This document shows, piece by piece, positions 33,213 to 46,033 of a DNA stretch of 64,000 nucleotides. How positions within the stretch are numbered: the stretch's first letter is position 1; each line of letters opens with the position of its first letter. The DNA is taken from the NCBI GenBank assembly GCA_963773065.1, contig CAVYZN010000017.1:107887-171886 (forward strand). Reading direction: 5' to 3'. The stretch is from an uncultured Gammaproteobacteria bacterium (GTDB lineage: Bacteria > Pseudomonadota > Gammaproteobacteria > UBA9214). The position numbers and the translations under genes are program-made. The notes under the pieces were generated by a model. The model saw only the letters and a program-made list of their open reading frames with translations. It made no database searches and was not told where the DNA came from.

Positions 33213-34145
33213 TTAGGCAGCGCCAAGGCGCACACCACCGAGGGGATGTGCATTGATAAAGTCGATCGCAGAGATCTGACGTGCTCCAGCCAACTGCACT
33301 GCCAAGATCCTGAGCGCACCAACGCCACAGGAGACATCGATTCCAACCTTGCCGGCGGCCAGCACCACACCGGGCGGCTGCTCCGTCGTCATTGCCACCG
33401 GCCGTGCCTCCCAGATTCTGAGCTGCCGGCCCGAGTAGCGTGTTTCGGCAACCGGCCAGGGGTTGAATGCCCGGACTTGGCGTGCGATCTGTTCGGCAGA
33501 CATCGTCCAGTCGATTACCGCCTCGGTTTTTTCGATTTTGTCCGCATAGCTTGCCTGGCTGTCATCCTGCACCCGCGGCTCCAGCTCACCCTGCGCGATT
33601 CGGTCCAGATTTTCCTTGAGCAATTGTGCGCCCATTACTGACAGGCGGTCATGCAATCGCCCGCCCGTATCCTCGGGTTCGATCAGGCATGTAGCCGAGG
33701 CAAGCACCGGTCCGGTATCCAGGCCCGCCTCCATCTGCATGAGGCAGACTCCCGTTTCCCGGTCGCCGGCAAGGATAGCCCGCTGAATCGGGGCCGCGCC
33801 GCGCCAGCGCGGCAAGAGGGAGGCATGGACATTGATACAGCCAAGCCGCGGCATCGCCAGCACCGCAGGCGGTAGAATCAGACCATAGGCAACCACGATC
33901 ATCAGGTCGGCCCTAATGGGCTCAAGTGCCGCCTGCGCCCCACTGTCCCTGAGCGTCCCGGGCTGACAGACAGGTATGGCATGTCGGCTTGCCAGCCGTT
34001 TCACCGGGCTTTCCGCGGTGCGCTGTCCACGCCCGCAGGGTCGATCGGGCCGAGTAAAAACCGCCACCACCTCATGGGGACTGTCCAGCAGGACATGCAG
34101 GACGGGAAGAGAAAATTCAGGTGTCCCCGCAAATACAATCTTCAT
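33213..34145 (-). CDS. fmt: Methionyl-tRNA formyltransferase
   Basis: FAGTPEF, NVHASLLPRWRGAAPIQ, GLDTG. Confidence 0.98.
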   Translation of the reverse strand: MKIVFAGTPEFSLPVLHVLLDSPHEVVAVFTRPDRPCGRGQRTAESPVKRLASRHAIPVCQPGTLRDSGAQAALEPIRADLMIVVAYGLILPPAVLAMPRLGCINVHASLLPRWRGAAPIQRAILAGDRETGVCLMQMEAGLDTGPVLASATCLIEPEDTGGRLHDRLSVMGAQLLKENLDRIAQGELEPRVQDDSQASYADKIEKTEAVIDWTMSAEQIARQVRAFNPWPVAETRYSGRQLRIWEARPVAMTTEQPPGVVLAAGKVGIDVSCGVGALRILAVQLAGARQISAIDFINAHPLGGVRLGAA

Positions 34146-34228
34146 AACACGATCTCGGGGTGCAGGTCTTCATGGGAGATCCATGCCCCGAACGGAAAAG
34201 TTTCGCCAGTCAACAAATCCGGAGCGTG

Positions 34229-34765
34229 TCAAATCACCCTTGTTGAGGACTGCCTGTCCTCGGCATCCGGGGTTCGTTGGTGTTTTTCGAGTTTATTGCG
34301 AATCCGCGTGCGCTTCAGCTGGGACAAATAATCGACAAATAGCTTGCCATTGAGATGGTCGATCTCATGCTGGATGCAGACCGCCAGTAGACCGCCGGTT
34401 TCAAGTTCAAATGGCCTCCCGTCGCGGTCAAGTGCCCGCACACGCACCCGATCCGCCCGTTGCACTATTTCAAACACACCCGGCACTGATAAGCAGCCTT
34501 CTTCCATCTCCTCGATACCTTGCAGTTCAAGTATCTCCGGATTGATCAGGCATAAAGGCTGCTCTTTATCTTCCGATACATCTATGACAACGATGCGTTT
34601 GTTAATATTGACCTGCGTGGCCGCCAGACCGATACCAGGTGCCGCGTACATGGTCTCTAACATGTTATCGATCAGCTGGCGGACAGCATCATCAACTTCT
34701 GTTACGGGTTGTGCAATATTCCGCAGGCGCGGGTCGGGAAAGTGGAGAATATCCAGGATCGCCAT
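34229..34765 (-). CDS. def: Peptide deformylase
   Basis: [20 protein letters not shown]. Confidence 0.98.
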   Translation of the reverse strand: MAILDILHFPDPRLRNIAQPVTEVDDAVRQLIDNMLETMYAAPGIGLAATQVNINKRIVVIDVSEDKEQPLCLINPEILELQGIEEMEEGCLSVPGVFEIVQRADRVRVRALDRDGRPFELETGGLLAVCIQHEIDHLNGKLFVDYLSQLKRTRIRNKLEKHQRTPDAEDRQSSTRVI

Positions 34766-34967
34766 GTGAATGCCGTCACGATTCAGGTCATCAATCTTCA
34801 ATATACTTTATCACAACCTGCCGGTAGCGGTTTAACTGTGCCTACAAAAGGTTTTGTTCTGTGTGGATTTTCCGCTAAACTCCCGTCTGATCAAGACCGC
34901 CAGCTATTCCAGCAACATAGAACCGCATGGCGTGGATGTGGTATTGAGATACAACGACGTTAAAGGG

Positions 34968-35999
34968 ATGCCTATGTCAATCAAGAAACTGTTCGGACTG
35001 GTCTGTGCTGCACTGATCGCCGGCTCAATCTTTGCGGCTGATGTCGTACTCAACCCGAATCATCCGGACCGATACGTCGTGGTCAAGGGTGACACGCTAT
35101 GGGATATCTCGGCTATGTTTCTGCGCGATCCCTGGTTCTGGCCCGAGATCTGGTACGTCAATCCACAGATCGCCAACCCACACCTGATTTACCCGGGTGA
35201 CATCCTGACACTGGTCTATGTGGACGGCAAGCCGCAATTGCGACTGGAGCGCGGCCCCGTCAAGCTGTCACCCCAGGCACGGGTAGAAAGCCTCGATCAT
35301 GCCATACCCACCATCCCCATTGATGCCATCAAGCAGTTCCTTACCAAGCCGCTGGTCGTCAGCCAAGACCAACTGGACAAGGCCCCGTATGTAGTGGCGG
35401 GTGCCGATGAACATGTAGTCACCGGGGCCGGTGATCGCGTTTATGCCCGAGGCATTCAGGGTGAAGACGTTGGCCTGTTCGATATCTTTGAGCCCGGCGG
35501 AGCGTTAATCGACCCGGATACCGATGAAATACTGGGTTATGAGGCCATTTATGTGGGAGAAGGTGCCGTGCAAAGGTACGGTGACCCAGCCACATTATTG
35601 CTTACGGAAACAACGCGTGAAGCACGGGTCGGTGACCGCCTGTGGCCAACCTCCCAGGAAAAGCCGATAACCCAGTTCCTGCCCCATCCGACCCCGCCCG
35701 GCACGGAAGGACGCATCATTTCAGTCCTGGGTGGCGTCCGGGAAATTGGCCAGTTCAATGTTGTAGCCATTGATCTAGGCACGTCGGACGGCATGGAAAT
35801 CGGCCACGTGATGAAGATCTTCCAGACGGGCGAAACCATACGTGATACCGTCAGCGGCAAACGCGCTGAAATGGTAAAATTACCAGATGAGGAAGCCGGC
35901 GTGCTCATGGTATTCCGCACGTTTGATCGGGTCAGCTATTGCCTTGTTATGAAAGCAACCCGCTCCATGCACCTGCTCGACTACGTAAGAACACCCTGA
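34968..35999 (+). CDS. LysM peptidoglycan-binding protein (TsaP-like)
   Basis: YVVVKGDTLWDIS...NPQIANPHLIYPG; between def and dprA. Confidence 0.9.
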   Translation: MPMSIKKLFGLVCAALIAGSIFAADVVLNPNHPDRYVVVKGDTLWDISAMFLRDPWFWPEIWYVNPQIANPHLIYPGDILTLVYVDGKPQLRLERGPVKLSPQARVESLDHAIPTIPIDAIKQFLTKPLVVSQDQLDKAPYVVAGADEHVVTGAGDRVYARGIQGEDVGLFDIFEPGGALIDPDTDEILGYEAIYVGEGAVQRYGDPATLLLTETTREARVGDRLWPTSQEKPITQFLPHPTPPGTEGRIISVLGGVREIGQFNVVAIDLGTSDGMEIGHVMKIFQTGETIRDTVSGKRAEMVKLPDEEAGVLMVFRTFDRVSYCLVMKATRSMHLLDYVRTP

Positions 36000-36084
36000 A
36001 TAACACCTTTATCAGAGTGCCCAGGGAAGGGACCATCATGAATGATCTGTTAACACTGAACTCGGGAACGGGTGACTAGCCACC

Positions 36085-37213
36085 ATGGTGGCTGCACCCG
36101 CACCTGACGGCACCGACATAATTGACTGGCTGACCCTGTATCACGCACCAGGCGTGGGCGCCGTTACCTTACTTCGACTTATCGATCAGTTCGGCGGTGT
36201 ACGGGAAATCCTGCGGGCTTCCACCGGTCGGCTGCAAGCCAGCGGCCTGCCCCAGCAGGCCGTCACATCCATCAAGCGACCGGACCGGCAACAGATCGAT
36301 CGCGACCTCGCCTGGCTCGACCAGCCACACAACCGGCTCATAACCTGCCATGATCCCGCCTACCCGCCGTTGCTATTGCAGATACCGGATCCACCACCCC
36401 TTCTCTATCTACACGGCAATGCCGATATCCTATCCAGCCTGCAGCTCTCCATCGTCGGCAGCCGAAACCCGACATCTTCCGGACGCCGCACCGCCTGCGA
36501 ATTTGCCCGTTCCCTCGCTCTGTCTGGTCTGACAATTACCAGTGGTCTGGCGCTTGGCATCGATGCCGCCAGCCATAACGGCGCCCTGGAAGCTGGCAAA
36601 CCGACGATTGCGGTGATGGGCACCGGCCTGGATCAAGTCTACCCCGCACGTAACCGCGACCTGGCTCACCAGGATTGCCAAACACGGTGCCCTGGTCTCT
36701 GAATTCCCGATCGGAACTCCGCCCAGACCGGAGAATTTCCCGCGCCGCAATCGCATCATCAGCGGGCTTAGCCTGGGTACCCTGGTGGTTGAAGCTACGA
36801 CACGTTCCGGCTCACTGATCAGCGCGCGTTGTGCGGCAGAGCAAGGACGTGAAGTCTTCGCAATTCCCGGTTCCATTCATAGCCCGCTGTCACGTGGTTG
36901 CCACTCCCTGATACGCCAGGGTGCAAAACTGGTAGAGACGGCGCAAGATATTATTGACGAATTGGGTGCCTTGGCAGCAGTCGCCACTCGGACAGCGCCG
37001 TCCAGCGATACCGAGAACGCGGAGCAATCTCCGGAACTCGCTGCCGATTATGTGCAACTACTTGATTACATGGGTTATAACCCCGCATCAGTCGATATGC
37101 TGGTGGAAACCAGCGGATTGACGCCAGCCATAGTTTCCTCCATGCTCCTGCAGCTTGAATTAAAGGGATACATCGCATCCGGCCCAGGAGGGCTTTATAA
37201 CCGGTTGAAATAA
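36085..37213 (+). CDS. dprA: DNA processing protein A; frameshift near 36675
   Basis: IVGSRNP, SGLALGID, FPRRNRIISGL, SGSLISA, GREVFAIPGSI. Confidence 0.95.
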
Positions 37214-37224
37214 AAAGGTTCCGA

Positions 37225-37698
37225 ATGAAAGAAAATGTTTTCGACGTCCTAATGTATCTGTTTGAAAACTATTACATGGATGACGAGGGTCCGGTCACGC
37301 CGGACCGCGAATTCGTCCATCAGGAGTTGCGTAACGCCGGCTTTCCAGCCCCTGAGATCGACCGGGCCTTCAACTGGCTGGAAGACCTGGCAAGCGACAC
37401 CACACCCATAACCATGCAGGCAGAGCACTCCCTGCGCCTGTTTTCACAACACGAATCGGAACGACTCAACACCGAGTGCAGGGGATTGCTGCTGTTCCTG
37501 GAACAGATGGGAGTATTGAACCCGGCCAGCCGTGAACTGGTCATTGACCGGGCAATGGCGCTCGAAAACGAGGATTTTGATATCGAACAGCTCAAATGGG
37601 TCGTGCTCATGGTGCTTTTCAATCAGCCAGGCGAAGAAGCCGCCTATGCGTGGCTGGAAGACCTGGTGTTTGAGAACATGACCAATTGCCTTCATTAA
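37225..37698 (+). CDS. smg: Smg (DUF494) protein
   Basis: MKENVFDVLMYLFENY, LKWVVLMVLFNQPG. Confidence 0.94.
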   Translation: MKENVFDVLMYLFENYYMDDEGPVTPDREFVHQELRNAGFPAPEIDRAFNWLEDLASDTTPITMQAEHSLRLFSQHESERLNTECRGLLLFLEQMGVLNPASRELVIDRAMALENEDFDIEQLKWVVLMVLFNQPGEEAAYAWLEDLVFENMTNCLH

Positions 37699-37752
37699 CC
37701 CCAATATCATGGGAAGACGTGCCGCTGAACCATTGACCCGATCCGATTTCCA

Positions 37753-40059
37753 ATGAGCAACAACCTGGTCATTGTTGAATCGCCCGCCAAGGCGAAAACC
37801 ATCAAGAAATACCTCGGAAAGGGGTATGAGGTCATGGCGTCCTACGGCCATGTGCGCGATCTCGTGCCCAAAGAAGGCGCTGTCGACCCCGAGCACGACT
37901 TTGCCATGAAATACCAGCTCATCGAACGCAACGCCAAACATGTGGAAGCCATCGTCAAGGCGATGAAAAAATCTGACGCCCTCTATCTGGCCACTGACCC
38001 GGATCGTGAGGGTGAGGCGATCTCCTGGCACCTGTGCGAATTGCTTGCTGACCGCAAGGCATTGAAAGACAAGCCCGTTCGTCGTGTCGTATTCCATGAA
38101 ATCACCAAACGCGCGATTATCGAGGCCATGGAACACTCCCGCACGCTTTCGCAAGAACTGATCAACGCCCAGCAGGCGCGGCGCGCACTGGATTACCTAG
38201 TCGGGTTCAACTTGTCACCGTTGCTGTGGAAAAAAATCCGCCGCGGGCTTTCTGCCGGCCGTGTACAAAGCCCGGCTCTGCGCATGATCGTGGAACGCGA
38301 GATCGAGATCGAAAGCTTCAATCCGCGCGAATATTGGACGATCGATGGTGATCTCACCAAGGACGGTCAGAGCTTCACTGCCCGCCTCATACAGCTGCAC
38401 GGCGATAAACTGAAACAGTTTTCGATTATCGATGAAATCAGCGCCAGCCGTGTGAAGCAGGAACTGCTGGCGGCTGCCGGCGGCAAGCTGATGGTCGACG
38501 CGGTCGAAAAGAAACAGCGTAAGCGCTATCCGGCCGCGCCCTTTACCACCTCCACGCTGCAACAAGAGGCCTCGCGCAAGCTGGGCTTCACCGCCAGCCG
38601 CACCATGCGAATCGCCCAGCAACTTTACGAGGGACTGGATATCGGCGGTGAAACCGTCGGCCTGATCACCTACATGCGTACCGACTCGGTCAATCTGGCC
38701 CAAGAAGCCATTGCCGAGCTGCGTGAGTTCATCCCGGAGCGTTACGGGAAAGACAAACTGCCGCATCAACCGGCCATCTATAAAACCAAGTCCAAGAATG
38801 CCCAGGAGGCGCACGAAGCCATCCGGCCCACCTCCGTGCGCCACACACCCGAGGAAATCAGGAGTCATCTCGGCGTGGAACAGCTCAAGCTGTATGAGCT
38901 GATCTGGAAGCGCACCATCGCCTGCCAGATGATCCACGCCACCATTGACACCGTCAGCGTCGACTTCGGCTGTGGCGCGGGCAACCTGTTCCGGGCCACC
39001 GGGTCCACCGTGGTGGATCCGGGGTTCATGGCGGTCTACCGGGAAGGCGAAGATGACAACAAAGGTGACAATGACGAGGCTTTGCTGCCACCTCTGAAGA
39101 AGGGCGAAACCTGCATACTGAACGAGATCCGCGCCGATCAGCACTTCACCGAGCCACCGCCGCGTTACACCGAGGCCAGCCTGGTCAAGACGCTGGAGGA
39201 ATACGGCATCGGCCGCCCGTCCACCTATGCCACCATCATCTCCACTCTGCAGCAACGCGAATACGTCACGCTGGAGAAAAAACGCTTCTATCCGACCGAT
39301 GTCGGCCGCGTAGTGAGCAAGTTTCTCACCGAACACTTCAACCAGTACGTGGACTATGATTTTACCGCCCGGCTCGAGGATGAACTGGACGCCGTGTCGC
39401 GCGGCGAAAAGGATTGGGTGCCGCTCATGGAAAATTTCTGGAAACCCTTCAAGCACCTTGTCGATGACAAGGAAACCAGCGTTTCGCGCAGCGACGTCAC
39501 CACCGAGGCCACGGATGAAGCGTGTCCGAAGTGCGGCAAACCGCTGAACATCCGGCTCGGACGGCGCGGGCGTTTCATTGGCTGTAGCGGCTATCCGGAG
39601 TGCGATTACACGCGTAATGTCGATGAAGAACGCGGTGCCGAGGAACCCGAAGTCATCGAAGGACGCAGCTGCCCGGAATGCCAGTCCCCATTGATCGTTC
39701 GCGCCGGCCGTTATGGAAAATTTATCGGCTGCAGCGGTTACCCGAACTGCAAGTACATCGAACCACTGGAGAAACCGGAAGATACCGGGGTGCTATGCCC
39801 GCAGTGCAAACAGGGCGACATACTGAAGCGCAAGTCACGGCGCGGCAAAATTTTCTTTTCCTGCGCACGTTACCCGGAGTGCGACTATGCCATCTGGAAT
39901 CAGCCACTGGCACAGCCCTGCCCTGAATGTCACTGGCCTATTACGACCATCAAGACTACCAAGCGCTCCGGTAGTCAGCGCGTCTGCCCGCAGAGCGACT
40001 GCAAATTCACCGAACCATTTGAGGAAGCTGAAACGACGACCGAGGCGGCGGCGAATTAA
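37753..40059 (+). CDS. topA: DNA topoisomerase I
   Basis: VIVESPAKAKTI, ATDPDREGE, SAGRVQS, ITYMRTD, C-terminal zinc ribbons. Confidence 0.98.
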   Translation: MSNNLVIVESPAKAKTIKKYLGKGYEVMASYGHVRDLVPKEGAVDPEHDFAMKYQLIERNAKHVEAIVKAMKKSDALYLATDPDREGEAISWHLCELLADRKALKDKPVRRVVFHEITKRAIIEAMEHSRTLSQELINAQQARRALDYLVGFNLSPLLWKKIRRGLSAGRVQSPALRMIVEREIEIESFNPREYWTIDGDLTKDGQSFTARLIQLHGDKLKQFSIIDEISASRVKQELLAAAGGKLMVDAVEKKQRKRYPAAPFTTSTLQQEASRKLGFTASRTMRIAQQLYEGLDIGGETVGLITYMRTDSVNLAQEAIAELREFIPERYGKDKLPHQPAIYKTKSKNAQEAHEAIRPTSVRHTPEEIRSHLGVEQLKLYELIWKRTIACQMIHATIDTVSVDFGCGAGNLFRATGSTVVDPGFMAVYREGEDDNKGDNDEALLPPLKKGETCILNEIRADQHFTEPPPRYTEASLVKTLEEYGIGRPSTYATIISTLQQREYVTLEKKRFYPTDVGRVVSKFLTEHFNQYVDYDFTARLEDELDAVSRGEKDWVPLMENFWKPFKHLVDDKETSVSRSDVTTEATDEACPKCGKPLNIRLGRRGRFIGCSGYPECDYTRNVDEERGAEEPEVIEGRSCPECQSPLIVRAGRYGKFIGCSGYPNCKYIEPLEKPEDTGVLCPQCKQGDILKRKSRRGKIFFSCARYPECDYAIWNQPLAQPCPECHWPITTIKTTKRSGSQRVCPQSDCKFTEPFEEAETTTEAAAN

Positions 40060-40195
40060 TACTGAAGTCACGGGCAGGGACAGGGAATTCAGACGGACTT
40101 TCGCACCCTTGAGTTAGCTGCCTCTCGCTGGTCTTGCGCAGTTTTCTTATCGACACTGCGTTGACAATGGTTAGTAATTCGGCCGGTAATTGGCT

Positions 40196-40826
40196 ATGAG
40201 CTGGCACATACGGGAAGCCGTGCGGCAGCTGGCGGCAGGCGGCGTGATCGCCTACCCGACCGAAACCGTATACGGCCTGGGATGCGACCCTTTCAATGCG
40301 GCTGCGGTCCTGCGGCTGCTGGATCTCAAACAACGCAATATTGAGCAGGGCGTCATCCTCATCGCCAGTGACTTCGCGCAACTGGAACCGCTGTTGCTGC
40401 CGGTATCAGCCGCTGTCAGGAACCGCATCATGGAAACCTGGCCGGGCCCGGTTACCTGGACCCTGCCGTGTCTGCCGGAAACGCCAGTATGGCTGCGCGG
40501 CAGACACGAAAGCCTGGCGGTGCGCGTTACCAGCCACCCGCTTGCGCGCGCCCTGTGCGTATCCTGGAACGGACCCCTGGTCTCAACCAGCGCCAATCGC
40601 CATGGAAAACCCCCGGCGACCAGTGCGCTTGGTGTGCGCATGGCGTTTGACGCGGGGCTGGATTACATCCTGCATGGGCCGCTTTGCGGCACCGGCAAAC
40701 CCAGCGAGATTCGTGATGGCATTACCGGCCGGGTGTTGCGCAGTAACGCCGAAGTCCGGACGAACGGTGGCCGAGCTATCCGGACTCGAGCAGAATATCC
40801 AACTGCAAAGAAACAGGCGGTCATCA

Positions 40827-40834
<8 letters not shown>
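40196..40834 (+). CDS. tsaC: Threonylcarbamoyl-AMP synthase (YrdC/Sua5)
   Basis: IAYPTETVYGLGCDP, WPGP, LVSTSAN. Confidence 0.94.
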
Positions 40835-41763
<929 letters not shown>

Positions 41764-41766
41764 ATC

Positions 41767-41909
41767 GTCCCTGTGCTCCGCGACGAGGGACAGGATGTCC
41801 GAGTGTCGCGGAGCACAGGGATGTGCGAGAGCGGCTGTACCTACATCCCTTACGGCTCATCGCTCCGCGCGTCCCTGCGCTCCGCGATGTACCTACATCC
41901 CTGTAGGCA
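41767..41909. repeat. REP-like palindromic cluster (CATCCCTG / CAGGGATG family)
   Basis: Hairpin TCCCTGTGCTCCGCGAC...GTCGCGGAGCACAGGGA; two copies of TGTACCTACATCCCT; second CGTCCCTGCGCTCCGCGA. Confidence 0.75.
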
Positions 41910-41910
41910 T

Positions 41911-41940
41911 AAAAAAACCCCGCCTTACGGCGGGGTTAAA
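41911..41940 (-). terminator. Intrinsic terminator
   Basis: AACCCCGCC-GTAA-GGCGGGGTT followed by a T run on the minus strand. Confidence 0.85.
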
Positions 41941-42065
41941 ACGCTTTTCAGCGTCGGAGGAGCCTTTATTGCAGTACAATGACAAAATCCGTTATGAGTT
42001 GGATCCTGATCATCCCTGATGCCTGGCGGATCTCACTTCACAATACTTACGTGCTGTGTCGCTGA
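41911..42065 (-). ncRNA. Candidate ~155-nt small RNA
   Basis: Lies between a sigma28-like promoter and an orphan terminator; no convincing ORF. Confidence 0.55.
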
Positions 42066-42070
42066 CAATT

Positions 42071-42097
42071 TTATCGACACCGAGAGCAGAACCTTGA
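42071..42097 (-). promoter_or_regulatory. Sigma28 (FliA)-like promoter
   Basis: TCAAG-14 bp-GTCGATAA versus consensus TCAAG/TAAAG-N14-GCCGATAA. Confidence 0.6.
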
Positions 42098-42428
42098 GCG
42101 CTTTATTAATCACGGTTGCAATTATATAACCTATTGTGATGTATTGCTTTTGATGCCTATTATGGTTGTCTGAGGGTGAGATTTACACAAACAGGCGCTG
42201 GCGTCGAAAGCTGTCGGGATGCACCACACCGCAAAAAGCACGACCCGAGGCCGGCATTCAGCACGTTCAGCGGCGCCAGCTGTTGGCGATAAAGCAGTAC
42301 TTAGTGGCGATGCCACACGCTGCTTTTTCTGTTGCCGCAAAGTGGCTATGGCACGCCGCAAGACACCAACGGCTAAGCCGTTTATCTGCAGCCTGAGTAT
42401 TCACAAGGAGGCTTTGCACTGAGTGTCG

Positions 42429-43018
42429 CTAGCCCAGGGTGTCAAAGTGCGCGTTCTTGCAATGGCGGCGATCGCTTGCCCGCAGGCGCTTGATGACGGC
42501 GGCTTCATTCAGCAATGACAGGAGGTTTTGCGGGGATGAGGGGGTTCCTGACAACGGCAGATAACCCAGCAGATCATGCTGTCTCAGCAGGTGGAAGTAA
42601 TCGGGCGCAGTCCAGGTGGCGGGCCGCCAGCGAAAAGCCCCGCTCCAGGTGTTGCAGCGCCGGCAGGCATTTGCGACTGATCAATAGCTGGCCATACACC
42701 AGCTCCAGCAGGGCAAGGTCTCTGTCATCGCCGTAAAGTATCGAGAGTTGTTCATACTCCAGCGTGCAATCCCGATCCAACCAGTAATGACAGATCAACC
42801 GCAGTACATGCAACGGAAAACACCGTCCACCGCGGCACCGGCGGATCTGCAGCCGCCGCTGGGTAACCTCAAGCAGCGCCTGCGCGGCCTGAGCGTCGCG
42901 CGGATCAGCATACCAGCAGGCCAGCGACGGCCGTGTGGATTTCAGCAGCCCGCCTGCCCTGCGCGAGGCATCGGATAACATAATCGCCTGTTTCACCGGT
43001 GACATTCGACATGACATG
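42429..43018 (-). CDS. Hypothetical protein; C-terminus continues across indels to LLNEAAVIKRL...DTLG*
   Basis: ORF 42574-43065 plus manual translation of the downstream frames. Confidence 0.6.
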
Positions 43019-43105
43019 AGCTTACACGCCGGTGTGGACCGGTGTATAGCCGCACTCGTTTGCAATCAGGGACTGACCCCGGCAGCCAGTCACGCTACAC
43101 TGTAG

Positions 43106-44958
<1,853 letters not shown>

Positions 44959-44971
<13 letters not shown>

Positions 44972-45305
44972 GGCGCGACGGTGCGGCGTTCCGCCACGCG
45001 CCGCTCCGGCCCGTCCCAGGGAATCACGCGCCAATCCAGCCGCCGGCGTTCGTTGCCGGCCGAGCGATTCCAGAACTCCCGGGCAACCAGCGTGTGGTAC
45101 CATGACAGGTCCGCCCATGCAGCCGGCCGATCAGCCTGCGCCCCTCACGGTCCGAGCGCGAATGGACCAGGGCGTAGCGGTGGAGGCCGCCGTTGCCGTC
45201 GTCCTTCTTGATGATCCGGGGAAGCATCCCCTCCGAAAGACCCGCGAAGACACAAGCATCCCGTTCCGAGGCGGTGGCCGGTAAATTGCCGATGAAGATG
45301 ATCAT
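44959..45305 (-). CDS. Small RRM-like protein; probable indel near 45092
   Basis: IFIGNLP (RNP2-like), YALV, then VAREF..RSAGNERRRLDWR..W.GPERRVAERR. Confidence 0.6.
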
Positions 45306-45358
45306 TTTTCTTGTCCTTGAATGTGGTTTTCAGTGTGCTGGAAGCGGGTGCGGGTCAT

Positions 45359-45892
45359 TCAGTCGCCGGTGCGGTGCCGGTTCTTGAGCTCGACATAATG
45401 TTTCGGCGAATACTCGAGGAAGGCGCGCTCCTGTTCGCGCAGTGGCCGTACCCGGCGCGCGGGGGAACCCACCCAGAGGAAACCGCCTTCGAGTTCCTGG
45501 CCGGGCGGCACCAGGCTGCCGGCGCCCAGCAAGACCCCGGAGCGCAGTATCGCACCGTCCATGACGGTCGCCCCCATGCCGACCAGGCAGCCATCCTCGA
45601 TGGTGCAGCCATGCAGTATGACCTTGTGCCCTACGGTAATGTCCGACCCGATGCGCAGCGGGAAGCCCCCCGGCGCGAATTCACTGTCATGACTGACGTG
45701 CAGGATGGTTCCGTCCTGGATATTGGTGCGCGCGCCGATCTCGATGGTGTTGACGTCGCCGCGGGCGACGACCATCGGCCACAGCGATACGTCCTCGCCG
45801 ACGGTGACATCGCCGATCACCACGGCGCTCGCGTCCACGTAGGCGCTCGCCGCGATCCGCGGACTGATACCCTGATAGCAGCGTACCGTCAT
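45359..45892 (-). CDS. Gamma carbonic anhydrase family protein (YrdA-like)
   Basis: VIGDV, RGDVN.I.IG..TNIQDG, GHKVILHGC hexapeptide repeats. Confidence 0.94.
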   Translation of the reverse strand: MTVRCYQGISPRIAASAYVDASAVVIGDVTVGEDVSLWPMVVARGDVNTIEIGARTNIQDGTILHVSHDSEFAPGGFPLRIGSDITVGHKVILHGCTIEDGCLVGMGATVMDGAILRSGVLLGAGSLVPPGQELEGGFLWVGSPARRVRPLREQERAFLEYSPKHYVELKNRHRTGD

Positions 45893-46033
45893 CGCGCAAA
45901 CTTACCTGCTCACTATGCCTCGTTGCAAGCCATGCAAGCGGTCCCGTTCAACTACCGGTGTTCCCCGGCGCCATGCTAGAGTAGGCATCCCCGCCGCTCC
46001 CGTCACACGCTCACATACGAGGTACTGCACAGC

